Positions 1 to 9,410 of a stretch of 45,850 bases of DNA are shown piece by piece; the first letter of the stretch is position 1, and each line of letters begins with the position of its first letter. Below the pieces are notes generated by a model. It made no database searches, had not been told where the DNA came from, and saw only the letters and a program-made list of their open reading frames with translations. The translations under genes and the position numbers were made by a program. The stretch comes from an uncultured Bacilli bacterium (GTDB taxonomy: Bacteria > Bacillota_I > Bacilli_A > RF39 > UBA660): NCBI GenBank assembly GCA_947624135.1, contig CANQIV010000002.1:1-45850 (forward strand). The letters are read 5' to 3'.

Positions 1-9
1 CCCCCCCCC
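1..9. other. C9 homopolymer at the extreme window/contig edge, probably a sequencing or assembly artefact
   Basis: Nine consecutive C at positions 1-9 in otherwise extremely AT-rich DNA, exactly at the sequence end. Confidence 0.6.
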
Positions 10-40
10 TATTCATATTTGTTTGTTTTAATTCTTTCAT
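1..40 (-). CDS. Possible 5' end of a gene running off the left edge (MKELKQTNMN...), truncated and corrupted by the homopolymer
   Basis: ATG at 40..38 is preceded by AAAGGAA 7 nt upstream on the minus strand. The frame stays open to the edge. Only 13 codons are visible. Confidence 0.25.
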   Translation of the reverse strand, partial: MKELKQTNMNRGG

Positions 41-131
41 ATTTCCATTCCTTTCACTCTAATAGAAGCTTTTTCTTACTCTTCTATCTATACTAATAAT
101 ATCACTTAAATCTACTTTTTACAAGATATTT

Positions 132-1007
132 TTATTTATCATCTACTTTTATTGGATTAACATGTATAACTGTTAAATATATTTCTTCTAAATTTTTTGC
201 TATTTCACGTTCTAATTTATCAGCTATTTTATGACTTTTAAATGTACTCATATTTCCATCAACATATATAGTAAATGATATTTGATATCTATAACCTACT
301 GGAGTAGAATTAAAATGATTTACTTTTCTTATTTCACTATGTTTTTTTATTATATCTAAAACTTTTTGTTTAGTTTCACTAGAAATTGATTTATCCATTA
401 AAACATTATAACTTTCAACAAATATTTTTGATGATGTTAATATCATCCATATAGCTATAATAGAACCAACTATTCCATCAAAATAATATATATTAATGAG
501 CGTTAATAAAGCAGATATTAAGTTAAATAATGTTATAACACAATCATTTCTATGGTCATTTGAATTTGATTTTATAAGTAAATTATTATATTTTTTTGAT
601 AGTTTATTTGTATATATAAATAGTAAAAATTTAATTATTATAGTGGTTATACATACAACTATTATCCATACTGAAAATTCATATTTATTGTGATTAAATA
701 TTGAAAAAATTGAATCTTTAAGAACTATTAAAGATGTAAAAATCATAATTACACTTATTAACATTGAATAAATATATTCAGCTTTACCATGTCCTAAATT
801 ATGATCTTCATCTGATGGAATACTTGCTATTTTATTTCCAATAAATGTCATAATTGATGAAAGTATATCACCAGCACTATTAAAAGCATCAGCTATCATT
901 GCTTGACTATTTGTAATAAAACCTATTATTCCTTTAATTATAAGTAAAAATATATTACCTATTATACCTAATATACTAGCAATTTTTACACTCTTAAATC
1001 TATTCAT
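132..1007 (-). CDS. Cation diffusion facilitator (CDF) family metal efflux transporter
   Basis: 291 aa with six hydrophobic segments. It has the DEDHNLGHGKAEY motif typical of FieF/CzcD-type CDF proteins and a C-terminal cytoplasmic domain. Confidence 0.85.
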   Translation of the reverse strand: MNRFKSVKIASILGIIGNIFLLIIKGIIGFITNSQAMIADAFNSAGDILSSIMTFIGNKIASIPSDEDHNLGHGKAEYIYSMLISVIMIFTSLIVLKDSIFSIFNHNKYEFSVWIIVVCITTIIIKFLLFIYTNKLSKKYNNLLIKSNSNDHRNDCVITLFNLISALLTLINIYYFDGIVGSIIAIWMILTSSKIFVESYNVLMDKSISSETKQKVLDIIKKHSEIRKVNHFNSTPVGYRYQISFTIYVDGNMSTFKSHKIADKLEREIAKNLEEIYLTVIHVNPIKVDDK

Positions 1008-1044
1008 AACATCTCCTACAATTTAATAATTTTTATAAAAAATA

Positions 1045-2355
1045 TTAAGAATTTTTGTTTCTTAACATTTCTATTAAATCATTTTCAAGTTTTAATATAT
1101 CGTTTGGGCTCATAAATGCGAATACTGTATTTTCGTTATTTTTTAATTTATAAGCTTCATCAATATTTATTTTATGTCCATTTTTTAATTTTTTTATTAT
1201 TATATCTGATGTAATATCAGGATAATCTTCTTGTAATTCTCTTGCTGGATGTATATCCATTACGTATGCCTCATCAGCTATATTTAATTTATCAGCTATA
1301 GCATCTGCAAATTCTTTTGTTCTTGTAAATGTATGTGGTTGCATTATTGCAATAATTTTTTTATTTGGATATTTTTGTTTAATTGCATTTAAATTAGCCT
1401 CTATCTCATTTGGATGATGTGCATAATCATCTATTACTATATTATTACCTACTATAGTTTGTGAAAATCTTCTTTTCGCACCTTTAAATGTTTTAAATAT
1501 ATTTTGTACATCTTCTGATTTTATATTTTCAAAATAACATACTGTAATAGTAGCAAGTGCATCTAATAACATATGTTTACCATATATTGGAAGATTAAAA
1601 CTACCATAATTTTTACCATATATTATAACATCAAAACTAATTCCTTTTACATTATATTTAATATTACTAGCTATAACATCATTATTTAAATCTAATCCAT
1701 AGTATACAATTTTTTTATTTGTTTTTAAGTTATGTGTATATAAATCATCACCACATGCGATTATCATTTTTGTTGCGTTATTTGCATAATCTTGATATGC
1801 ATCTATTATGTCATTTATATCTTTATAGTAATCTACATGATCTAAATCTATATTTGTTATAACTGCATAATAAGGTGTATAATTCAAAAAATGTCTTTTA
1901 TATTCACAAGATTCAAGTACAAAAAATTCATTTTTTTTATCAGCATATCCATTACCATCACCTATTAAATAATTAGTTCCTTTTATATTATTTAATACAT
2001 GTGATGTCATTGCAGTTGTAGTAGTTTTACCATGACATCCAGCTATACATATTGTTTTAAATTTTTTAGTAAGTATTCCTAACATTTCACTATATGAATA
2101 TATAACTAACTTTAACTCTTTTGCTTTTTTAATTTCAGGATTATCATCTTTTATAGATTCACCTTTTATTATTATCATATCTTTTTTTATATTATCTTCA
2201 TTGTATAATAAAATGGGTATATTTCTTTTTATTAATCCTTCTTCTGTAAAAAAGTGTTCTGCTACATCACTACCTTGTACTTTATAACCAAGTTCATCCA
2301 TCATTTGAGCTAAACTGCTCATTCCAGCTCCTTTAATTCCAATAAAATGATACAT
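1045..2355 (-). CDS. murC: UDP-N-acetylmuramate--L-alanine ligase
   Basis: N-terminus HFIGIKGAGMSSLAQ, P-loop AGCHGKTTTT and Mur ligase length (436 aa). SD GTGAGGTG lies upstream of the ATG. Confidence 0.93.
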   Translation of the reverse strand: MYHFIGIKGAGMSSLAQMMDELGYKVQGSDVAEHFFTEEGLIKRNIPILLYNEDNIKKDMIIIKGESIKDDNPEIKKAKELKLVIYSYSEMLGILTKKFKTICIAGCHGKTTTTAMTSHVLNNIKGTNYLIGDGNGYADKKNEFFVLESCEYKRHFLNYTPYYAVITNIDLDHVDYYKDINDIIDAYQDYANNATKMIIACGDDLYTHNLKTNKKIVYYGLDLNNDVIASNIKYNVKGISFDVIIYGKNYGSFNLPIYGKHMLLDALATITVCYFENIKSEDVQNIFKTFKGAKRRFSQTIVGNNIVIDDYAHHPNEIEANLNAIKQKYPNKKIIAIMQPHTFTRTKEFADAIADKLNIADEAYVMDIHPARELQEDYPDITSDIIIKKLKNGHKINIDEAYKLKNNENTVFAFMSPNDILKLENDLIEMLRNKNS

Positions 2356-2418
2356 ATAAACACCTCACTACTTTAGATTATCATTTATCATATTATATGT
2401 CAAATTAACTAAATTGAT

Positions 2419-5400
2419 TTACTTATCTGTTTCTAAATTTTTATAATATTCATAATTTTGAATAGCATTTTTTTTATTTTCTTCTAATAATTTATTGCTA
2501 TCTTTATTTACTTTAGATAACATTGAATATCTAGTTTGTAAATTTAAAAATTCATTATATTTATCAAAATCAACATTCTTACTATCTAATGTAAATCCAT
2601 TTATAGGATGTCTTCTAAATGTTGGAAAATATCCACATTCTACTGCCATTTTCTCCATGCTTACACTATTTTCCATACCTCCTTTTATACCATGTGATAT
2701 ACAAGGAGCATAAGCAATTACTATAGATGGTCCGTTATAATCATTTGCTTCTTTGAGTGCCTTTAATACTTGTAGCATATTTGCCCCTAAAGATATTTGT
2801 GCGACATACGCATTTTTATATGTAAGAGCAATTTTTGCTAAATCTTTTTTATTTGTTTTTTTACCTGATGTAGCGAATGAAGCGATTGAACCAATTTCAC
2901 TTGCCTTACTTGCTTGACCACCTGTATTTGAATATACTTGAGTATCTAGTACTAATATATTTATATTTTCATTGCTAGCAAGGACATGGTCAATACCTCC
3001 AAAGCCTATATCATAAGCCCATCCATCTCCACCTATACACCAATAATTTCTAGATGGTATATAATCTTTTAACTCTTTTAATTCATCTGGTATTTCATCT
3101 GTTAAGTTATCGTATACTTCTTTAGTAATTTCATAATTATCATAATTATCTATCCATTTTTTAAATAATTCCTTATTTTCATTATCCATATTATTTTCCA
3201 TAATATTTTTAATTCTATTTCTAATCAGATTATTACTTACAAGCATACCATATCCATATTCAGCATTATCTTCAAATAAAGAACTTGCCCAAGGTAAATT
3301 ATATGGAGTTGATGGAGCAGAAGCACCATATATTGATGAACATCCTGTAGCGTTTGCTATTACTAAATTATCTTTAAAAAGTTGTGTTAATAATTTTATA
3401 TATGACGTTTCACCACATCCAGCGCATGCTCCACAATATTCAAATTTAGGTTTAACAAATCCAATTCCTTTTACTGTATTAGTATTAAATTTATTTTTAT
3501 CTTTTATATTTTTATCTAAATAATCAAATACCTCTTGTTCTTTATTTTTTATTTCATCACTTAAACTATTAAAAGTTAAAGCTTTTATATTTTTAATACC
3601 AAGACATGTTTTAATGCATAAGCCACATCCAGTACATTTTTTTATTGCTATACCTATTATAAAATAATAGTCAGATAACATAGATTTTTTGCACCTTGTT
3701 TTTATATAATCTGGTGATGCATCATATTCTTCTTTTGAAAGTAAATATGGTCTTATTACTGAATGAGGACAAACAAAAGAACATTGATTACACTCAATAC
3801 AATTTTCACTTATATAGTGTGGGACTAATTCGCTTATACTTTTATCTTCTAATTTACTTGTACTTGGTTTAAATATTCCACTTGGTATACTTAAAAACGC
3901 AGATACAGGTAAATCATTACCTTTTCTTTTAAACATAGCTTCATATAAATCGTCTATAGTCTTTTTATCTTCATTTATACTATTTCCTATTTTAATTTCT
4001 TTTATGTTATTTTCTGTCATATTGAGTGCGGATATATTAGAATTTACTATATCATCACCCTTTTTACTAAATTTATTTTTTATATATTTTATAAGTTCTT
4101 CTTTAGCAAATTTATAATCAATTATATTAGTAACATAAAAGTAAGCACATTCCATAATCATACTTATTTTATTTTTTAATCCTACTTTTGAAGCTATATC
4201 ATAAGCATTTAATGTATATATTTTAGTATTATTATCTATTAATAATTTCTTTAAGTTAGATGAAAAACTATTAATTAATTCTGTTTCACTTTTATTTGTA
4301 TTTACTATAAATATAGAATCTTTACTTATTTTATCTATTATTTCAAATTCATTAAAATAACTATCTTTAGATACTACTACTATATCAGGATTTTCAACAT
4401 AATAAGTAGATTTTATTTTTTTATCACTTATTCTTAAATGAGAAATAGTTACTCCACCTGATTTTTTAGAATCGTACTGAAAATATCCTTGTACATAATT
4501 TTTTGTATTATCTCCTATTAATTTTATTATTGATTTAGATGCACTTACCATTCCATCTGAACCATATCCATATATTAATATTTCTTTACTTGTTTTAATA
4601 TCAAAGTCTTTAGTTTTTAAACTTAGATTAGTAACATCATCTGTAATACCAATTGTAAAATTATTTTTAGGATTATCTAGCATATCATATACTGCTTTTA
4701 TACATTTAGGAGGTGTATTTTTACTTGAAAGTCCATATCTACCACCTACTATAGTAATTTGTTTGTTTTTTAAAGCAGATACTACATCTAAATATAATGG
4801 TTCTCCATTAGAACCAAATTCTTTTGTTCTATCTAAGACTGCTATTTTTTGAACACTATCTGGTAATACATTTAATAAATATTTTACACTAAATGGTCTA
4901 TATAAATGAACCTCTATTAATCCTAATTCCTCATCTAAATTATCTATTGTTTCTTTTATTGTTTCACAAACTGATCCCATAGCTATTATTACTTTTTTAG
5001 CATTCTTGCTTCCATAGTATTCGAATGGTTTATATGTTGTACCAGCAAGTTTATTTATTTTTTCCATATATTTATTTACTATATCAGGTACTTCATCATA
5101 AAATTTGTTTCTAACCTCTGTAGCTTGAAAATATATATCATCGTTATAAGCAGTACCTCTTGTATTTGGATTCATTGGATTTAAAGCTCTATTTCTAAAT
5201 TTATTTAGTGCGTCTAAATTTATAAGTTTTTTATAATCTTCTAGCTCTAATACCTCTATTTTGTCTATTTCATGACTTGTTCTAAATCCATCAAAAAAGT
5301 GCATAAATGGTAAACTTGATTCTATCGCACTTAAATGAGCAATACCACTTAAATATGATGCATCTTGTACTGATGATGAAGCTAACATACAAAATCCAGT

Positions 5401-5808
5401 AGATCTAGCAGAATATATATCTTGGTGATCGCCAAAAATGCTGAGAGCATGAGTTGAAAGTGAACGAGCTGCAACATGCATAACGCATGGTAACATTTCT
5501 CCAGCCATTTTATACATATTTGGTATCATTAAAAGTAAACCTTGACTTGCAGTAAATGTTGTTGCAAGTACACCATTTTGAAGAGCTCCATGTATAAAAC
5601 CAGCTGCCCCTGCTTCACTTTGCATTTCTACAACTTTAACTTTATCATTAAATATATTTAATGTATCATTGCTCCATTCATCTAAATGTTCTGCCATTGG
5701 ACTTGAGGGTGTTATCGGATATATACCTGCAATTTCTGTAAACATATAAGAGGTTCTAGCGCACGCTTCATTACCATCCATTGTTTTTATTTGTTTCATA
5801 TTTAACAT
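2419..5808 (-). CDS. nifJ: Pyruvate:ferredoxin (flavodoxin) oxidoreductase, single-polypeptide form
   Basis: 1129 aa with N-terminus KTMDGNEA. Two 4Fe-4S motifs are present (CIECNQCSFVCP and CTGCGLCIKTC), plus the TPP motif GGDGWAYDIGFGG. The start could instead be the second ATG at 5799. Confidence 0.93.
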   Translation of the reverse strand: MLNMKQIKTMDGNEACARTSYMFTEIAGIYPITPSSPMAEHLDEWSNDTLNIFNDKVKVVEMQSEAGAAGFIHGALQNGVLATTFTASQGLLLMIPNMYKMAGEMLPCVMHVAARSLSTHALSIFGDHQDIYSARSTGFCMLASSSVQDASYLSGIAHLSAIESSLPFMHFFDGFRTSHEIDKIEVLELEDYKKLINLDALNKFRNRALNPMNPNTRGTAYNDDIYFQATEVRNKFYDEVPDIVNKYMEKINKLAGTTYKPFEYYGSKNAKKVIIAMGSVCETIKETIDNLDEELGLIEVHLYRPFSVKYLLNVLPDSVQKIAVLDRTKEFGSNGEPLYLDVVSALKNKQITIVGGRYGLSSKNTPPKCIKAVYDMLDNPKNNFTIGITDDVTNLSLKTKDFDIKTSKEILIYGYGSDGMVSASKSIIKLIGDNTKNYVQGYFQYDSKKSGGVTISHLRISDKKIKSTYYVENPDIVVVSKDSYFNEFEIIDKISKDSIFIVNTNKSETELINSFSSNLKKLLIDNNTKIYTLNAYDIASKVGLKNKISMIMECAYFYVTNIIDYKFAKEELIKYIKNKFSKKGDDIVNSNISALNMTENNIKEIKIGNSINEDKKTIDDLYEAMFKRKGNDLPVSAFLSIPSGIFKPSTSKLEDKSISELVPHYISENCIECNQCSFVCPHSVIRPYLLSKEEYDASPDYIKTRCKKSMLSDYYFIIGIAIKKCTGCGLCIKTCLGIKNIKALTFNSLSDEIKNKEQEVFDYLDKNIKDKNKFNTNTVKGIGFVKPKFEYCGACAGCGETSYIKLLTQLFKDNLVIANATGCSSIYGASAPSTPYNLPWASSLFEDNAEYGYGMLVSNNLIRNRIKNIMENNMDNENKELFKKWIDNYDNYEITKEVYDNLTDEIPDELKELKDYIPSRNYWCIGGDGWAYDIGFGGIDHVLASNENINILVLDTQVYSNTGGQASKASEIGSIASFATSGKKTNKKDLAKIALTYKNAYVAQISLGANMLQVLKALKEANDYNGPSIVIAYAPCISHGIKGGMENSVSMEKMAVECGYFPTFRRHPINGFTLDSKNVDFDKYNEFLNLQTRYSMLSKVNKDSNKLLEENKKNAIQNYEYYKNLETDK

Positions 5809-5820
5809 CTCATTTCTTTA

Positions 5821-5985
5821 TCAATTCTTTTGATTTTGACTGCTTTTTAATTTAATTAATTCTTCCTTTATTTTTTCTCTATTTGTTTTATATTCATCAT
5901 ACAATTTAAGTCGTTCTTCTCTTGTATGTGACATATATTCATAATGTATTTTAAATAATGCTTGTCTTATTTCTTCTTCTGTCAT
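5821..5985 (-). CDS. Small hypothetical protein, 54 aa (MTEEEIRQALFKIHYEYMSHTREERLKLYDEYKTNREKIKEELIKLKSSQNQKN), absent from the ORF track
   Basis: Its ATG overlaps the esterase stop as ATGA (5985..5982). It fills the otherwise empty 173-nt gap between the esterase gene and nifJ, on the same strand. The sequence is charged and helical with no recognisable family. Confidence 0.35.
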   Translation of the reverse strand: MTEEEIRQALFKIHYEYMSHTREERLKLYDEYKTNREKIKEELIKLKSSQNQKN

Positions 5986-6695
5986 ATATTATCTATTCCT
6001 TCTATTTTTTTACCTTTTAAAAATTTATTTACTATTTCAAAAATTTGTTGTTTATTATTAGATTTAAATAAATCATGTGTAGCTTTATCTATGTAAATAA
6101 GTGCTTTGGAATTAGATTTTACACTGTTATACACATATTCTGACGATGTAAGAGGTACTAGATTATCATTTTTACCTTGTAATATTAATACTTTACAATT
6201 TACATATTTTGGATAATCATAATATTTTTTTACTAATTCCATAAATTCTCTAATTACGATAGGTTTTAATTTTAAAAATCTTGCAACTATTTCATTACTA
6301 CCATAGGTTTTTATAACTTTTGGTGCGGATTTCAATGATTCCGGTAAATTTAAATTATCTTTTATAACTTGCAAATATTGAAATGCTGGTGCGGCTAGTA
6401 CTAGTTTTTTTACTTCTTTATATTTGGTAGATAAATATGTAGCTATTACTCCTCCCATACTATGACCTATTAAATATATATTTTTATATCCATTATTTAT
6501 TAACCATTTTACTTTTTCTTCACTACAATTTATCCAATCAGTGTACTTTACTTTGCTTAAATTTCTTTCATGTCCTGGAAGCGTAAATTGAAAAACATCG
6601 AAATCTCTATTTAGTTCTAAAAAATTAGCAAGTTCTTCTTCGTCGTATGTACCTCCAGCAAATCCATGTATAATTAATATTGCTTTTCTAAACAT
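5982..6695 (-). CDS. Alpha/beta hydrolase, Est/YvaK-type carboxylesterase
   Basis: 237 aa with HGFAGG near the N-terminus, nucleophile elbow GHSMGG and a late His (THDLF). Confidence 0.8.
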   Translation of the reverse strand: MFRKAILIIHGFAGGTYDEEELANFLELNRDFDVFQFTLPGHERNLSKVKYTDWINCSEEKVKWLINNGYKNIYLIGHSMGGVIATYLSTKYKEVKKLVLAAPAFQYLQVIKDNLNLPESLKSAPKVIKTYGSNEIVARFLKLKPIVIREFMELVKKYYDYPKYVNCKVLILQGKNDNLVPLTSSEYVYNSVKSNSKALIYIDKATHDLFKSNNKQQIFEIVNKFLKGKKIEGIDNI

Positions 6696-6750
6696 ATTAA
6701 AACCTCGTATTTCTTTAATAATTATAACATTTAATATACTCTTAAGTAAA

Positions 6751-6777
6751 GAAAAAAAGTTGTAATTTTACAACTTA
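6751..6777 (-). terminator. Rho-independent terminator after greA
   Basis: On the minus strand: AAGTTGTA-(loop)-TACAACTT followed by TTTTTTCTTT. The stem overlaps the greA stop codon. Confidence 0.7.
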
Positions 6778-7245
6778 TTTTATCGACATTATTTTAACAT
6801 CATACTTACCATTAGGACTATCTACTGATACAATTTCTCCTGCTTTTTTACCTAGTATAGCTTTAGCAATAGGTGACTCATTTGATATTTTATTTTCAAA
6901 AGGATCTGCTTCTTTGCTGCCAACTATAGAATATTCTTCGTCCTCATCTTCATCTATATATTTTAAAGTTACTTTACTACCGAGTGTTACTAAATCAGTT
7001 TTTGCTTTTTCTATAACTTTAGCGTTTTCAAGCATTACCTCTAATTCTTTTATTCTAGATTCTACTATTGCTTGTTCAGTTCTAGCAGCATCATATTCAG
7101 CATTTTCACTTAAATCTCCTTGGGCACGTGCATCTTTTAAAGCAGCAATTACCTCAGGACGTTTAACTAACTTTAATTCATCTAATTCTTTTTTTAATTC
7201 ATCTAAACCTTCTTGTGTTAAAAATAAATCTTTTTGTTCAGACAT
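6775..7245 (-). CDS. greA: Transcription elongation factor GreA
   Basis: Motifs LTQEGLDELKKEL...GDLSENAEYDAA are present. I chose the internal ATG at 7245 because AAGAGGTGA lies 5-6 nt upstream. The ORF track extends to 7272. Confidence 0.92.
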   Translation of the reverse strand: MSEQKDLFLTQEGLDELKKELDELKLVKRPEVIAALKDARAQGDLSENAEYDAARTEQAIVESRIKELEVMLENAKVIEKAKTDLVTLGSKVTLKYIDEDEDEEYSIVGSKEADPFENKISNESPIAKAILGKKAGEIVSVDSPNGKYDVKIMSIK

Positions 7246-7310
7246 AATTTTCACCTCTTTATATAAATTCACTTAAGCAAACAAAATAATACTACTTTAT
7301 TTTTATTTTG

Positions 7311-8504
7311 TCAACTCTTTATTCTAATCAAATCATAATTTTCTACAAATTCATCTATTTTTATTTTAACTATTTGTTTAGGATGTCTTACAACGTCTAT
7401 AATATTTCCATCTTCATCAATTATTTTATTAAATGTATATGTAATTATTTCATGATTTGGTCCAAATATTTCTACAATATCTCCTTTTTTTATATAATTT
7501 CTTTCTTCTATAGTTGCTATTTTAGTTTCTTTATTATAGTCAAGTACTATACCTAAAAAATCTTGATTTGATATTTCTTCTCTACCATTATAATAACTAC
7601 AAGTAGAATCATATATATCATTAAAAAACTGTGGTACTGAATCTCTATTTGCGCATCTTCTAAGTACTTTTTCTTTATTTTCTATATCGGTTATTTTACC
7701 AGTTTTATAATATTCATCTATTGCTTTTCTATATATAGAAACAACTGTAGCAATATAGTAAAGTGAACGCATTCTACCTTCTATTTTAAATGATGTTATT
7801 CCCATATCTATCATATCACTTAAATATCTTAACATTGATAAATCTTTAGAACAAAATGTAAATGGTTTTTTACCTTTTATTTGTTTCTTATTTTTATCTA
7901 ATAGATCAAAATCCCATCTACATATTTGACTACATCCACCTCTATTAGCATCTCTATTAGTAAGAAAATTTGACATGACACATCTACCACTATATCCTGC
8001 GCACATAGCGCCGTGTATGAAGGTTTCTATTTCTATATCTACATTATCTATTATTTCTTGTATTTCTTTTTTAGTACATTCACGAGCTAAAACTACTCTA
8101 GTCGCACCTATTTCTTTAAAGAATTTGACAGTTTCTATATTTGTTGTTGAACTTTGAGTTGACACATGGACGTCTAATTTTGTATTATCGATAACTATCT
8201 TTATTACAGCTGGATCACTTACAATAACCGCATCTACACCGCATTTTTCTATTTTTTTTACGTAATCTTTTACTAGAGAAATTTCTTCATTGTGGAGTAA
8301 TATATTTACAGTTACATACACTTTCTTTTTTAATGAATGCGCGAATTTTACACCTTCTTTTATTTCATCAAATGTAAAATTTATAGCGTTTGCTCTTAAG
8401 TTTAACATAGGTCCACCTATATAAACCGCATCCGCACCATACATTAAAGCTACTTTAAGTCTTTCTAAATCTCCTGCTGGAGATAACAATTCTACTTTTT
8501 TCAT
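7311..8504 (-). CDS. yrrO: Peptidase U32 family protein, long member of a YrrN/YrrO-type pair (implicated in tRNA ho5U34 formation in B. subtilis)
   Basis: 397 aa with the U32 signature ETFIHGAMCAGYSGRCVMS. It has an ATGA overlap with the upstream U32 gene. The position upstream of greA matches B. subtilis yrrN-yrrO-(udk)-greA. Confidence 0.8.
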   Translation of the reverse strand: MKKVELLSPAGDLERLKVALMYGADAVYIGGPMLNLRANAINFTFDEIKEGVKFAHSLKKKVYVTVNILLHNEEISLVKDYVKKIEKCGVDAVIVSDPAVIKIVIDNTKLDVHVSTQSSTTNIETVKFFKEIGATRVVLARECTKKEIQEIIDNVDIEIETFIHGAMCAGYSGRCVMSNFLTNRDANRGGCSQICRWDFDLLDKNKKQIKGKKPFTFCSKDLSMLRYLSDMIDMGITSFKIEGRMRSLYYIATVVSIYRKAIDEYYKTGKITDIENKEKVLRRCANRDSVPQFFNDIYDSTCSYYNGREEISNQDFLGIVLDYNKETKIATIEERNYIKKGDIVEIFGPNHEIITYTFNKIIDEDGNIIDVVRHPKQIVKIKIDEFVENYDLIRIKS

Positions 8505-9343
8505 TTTTTCACCTTGTATATAGTTTTTTTATTTAAAAATCCTTCATCAATATTAGTAAACTTTTTATTTATATTTTCATTATATTCTTTTACATTTTCT
8601 TTTGTTACGTTTTTAAAATATTTAATAATAGTTATAAATTTATCTAAATTTATATCAAAACTATTTAATACTATATAATCTACATTTAAGTTTACTACCT
8701 CTTTTATACCATTTAATATATTTGATGAATATACTATAGTTCCTTCTTTTTTATCTATTATTGGATATATATTATTTTCTTTTTCAATGTAATTTAATTT
8801 AGAATTATCTTTTAAATTAAAATAATCTAAATAATTTTTTACTATATGTCTTTTTGATACAAACATAGGTAAATATCCAAACATTGTAATCATTAATTTT
8901 GATTTAGATTTTTTTGTTATTAAGTTTATTTCTTCCATTGATATATCACTTGATATATATGCATAATTCACACCGAATGAATTCCAATAATTTATCGTAT
9001 CATAATTCGTAGTAGCATGTTCTTGGTACCATACTAATTCATATTTATGTTTCTTTTTTTTATATAATGAAAGAACAGCTATATCATAGTATAATACCCC
9101 TTTTATATTTAAATTATCTAATTCATCTAATATTTCTTCTATCTTTTTTAAATCACTATTATGCATATTTTTATTTATACTTATAAATATATCTTTATTT
9201 ATTTTTTTTAAGTCATTTAAATCACTTATACACATATTTGTATTTACAGATAAATTTTCTATTCCAATTATAAAGCCATCTACTATATTTTTAGTTTTTT
9301 CTATTTCTTCCATACTAGATGGGATTGTTAATAATTTAGACAT
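8501..9343 (-). CDS. yrrN: Peptidase U32 family protein, short member of the pair (YrrN-like)
   Basis: About 280 aa and translationally coupled to the next U32 gene. The start is set at ATG 9343 with GAGGTG upstream. The ORF track start is 9355. Confidence 0.7.
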   Translation of the reverse strand: MSKLLTIPSSMEEIEKTKNIVDGFIIGIENLSVNTNMCISDLNDLKKINKDIFISINKNMHNSDLKKIEEILDELDNLNIKGVLYYDIAVLSLYKKKKHKYELVWYQEHATTNYDTINYWNSFGVNYAYISSDISMEEINLITKKSKSKLMITMFGYLPMFVSKRHIVKNYLDYFNLKDNSKLNYIEKENNIYPIIDKKEGTIVYSSNILNGIKEVVNLNVDYIVLNSFDINLDKFITIIKYFKNVTKENVKEYNENINKKFTNIDEGFLNKKTIYKVKK

Positions 9344-9353
9344 ATTACACCTC

Positions 9354-9380
9354 AAAAAAAACGTTTATTTAAAACGTTTT
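9354..9380 (-). terminator. Rho-independent terminator after the 435-aa surface protein gene
   Basis: On the minus strand: AAAACGTTT-TAAAT-AAACGTTTT followed by a T run. The stem is mostly A/T with a central CG. Confidence 0.5.
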
Positions 9381-9381
9381 A

Positions 9382-9410
9382 ATTTTAGCACATTGTCTTA
9401 TTTATGTCAA
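9382..9410 (-). promoter_or_regulatory. Sigma-A-like promoter for the U32 pair
   Basis: On the minus strand: TTGACA (9410..9405, overlapping the upstream stop), a 17-nt spacer, then TGcTAAAAT (extended -10, 9387..9382). Confidence 0.45.

Noticed and set aside
496-693. Track ORFs lying antisense inside longer, well-supported genes. Besides this one, they are 2495-2713, 6914-7276, 7308-7556, 7975-8157, 11130-11330, 13288-13599, 19215-19436, 19441-19731, 19735-19932, 22242-22439, 24299-24544, 25995-26297, 30705-30941, 31689-31928, 33833-34108, 37837-38019 and 40345-40596.
   Set aside because: All are embedded opposite genes with clear family signatures. Their products are low-complexity, Phe/Leu/Ile/Ser-rich sequences typical of shadow frames in AT-rich DNA. 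None has a convincing SD.
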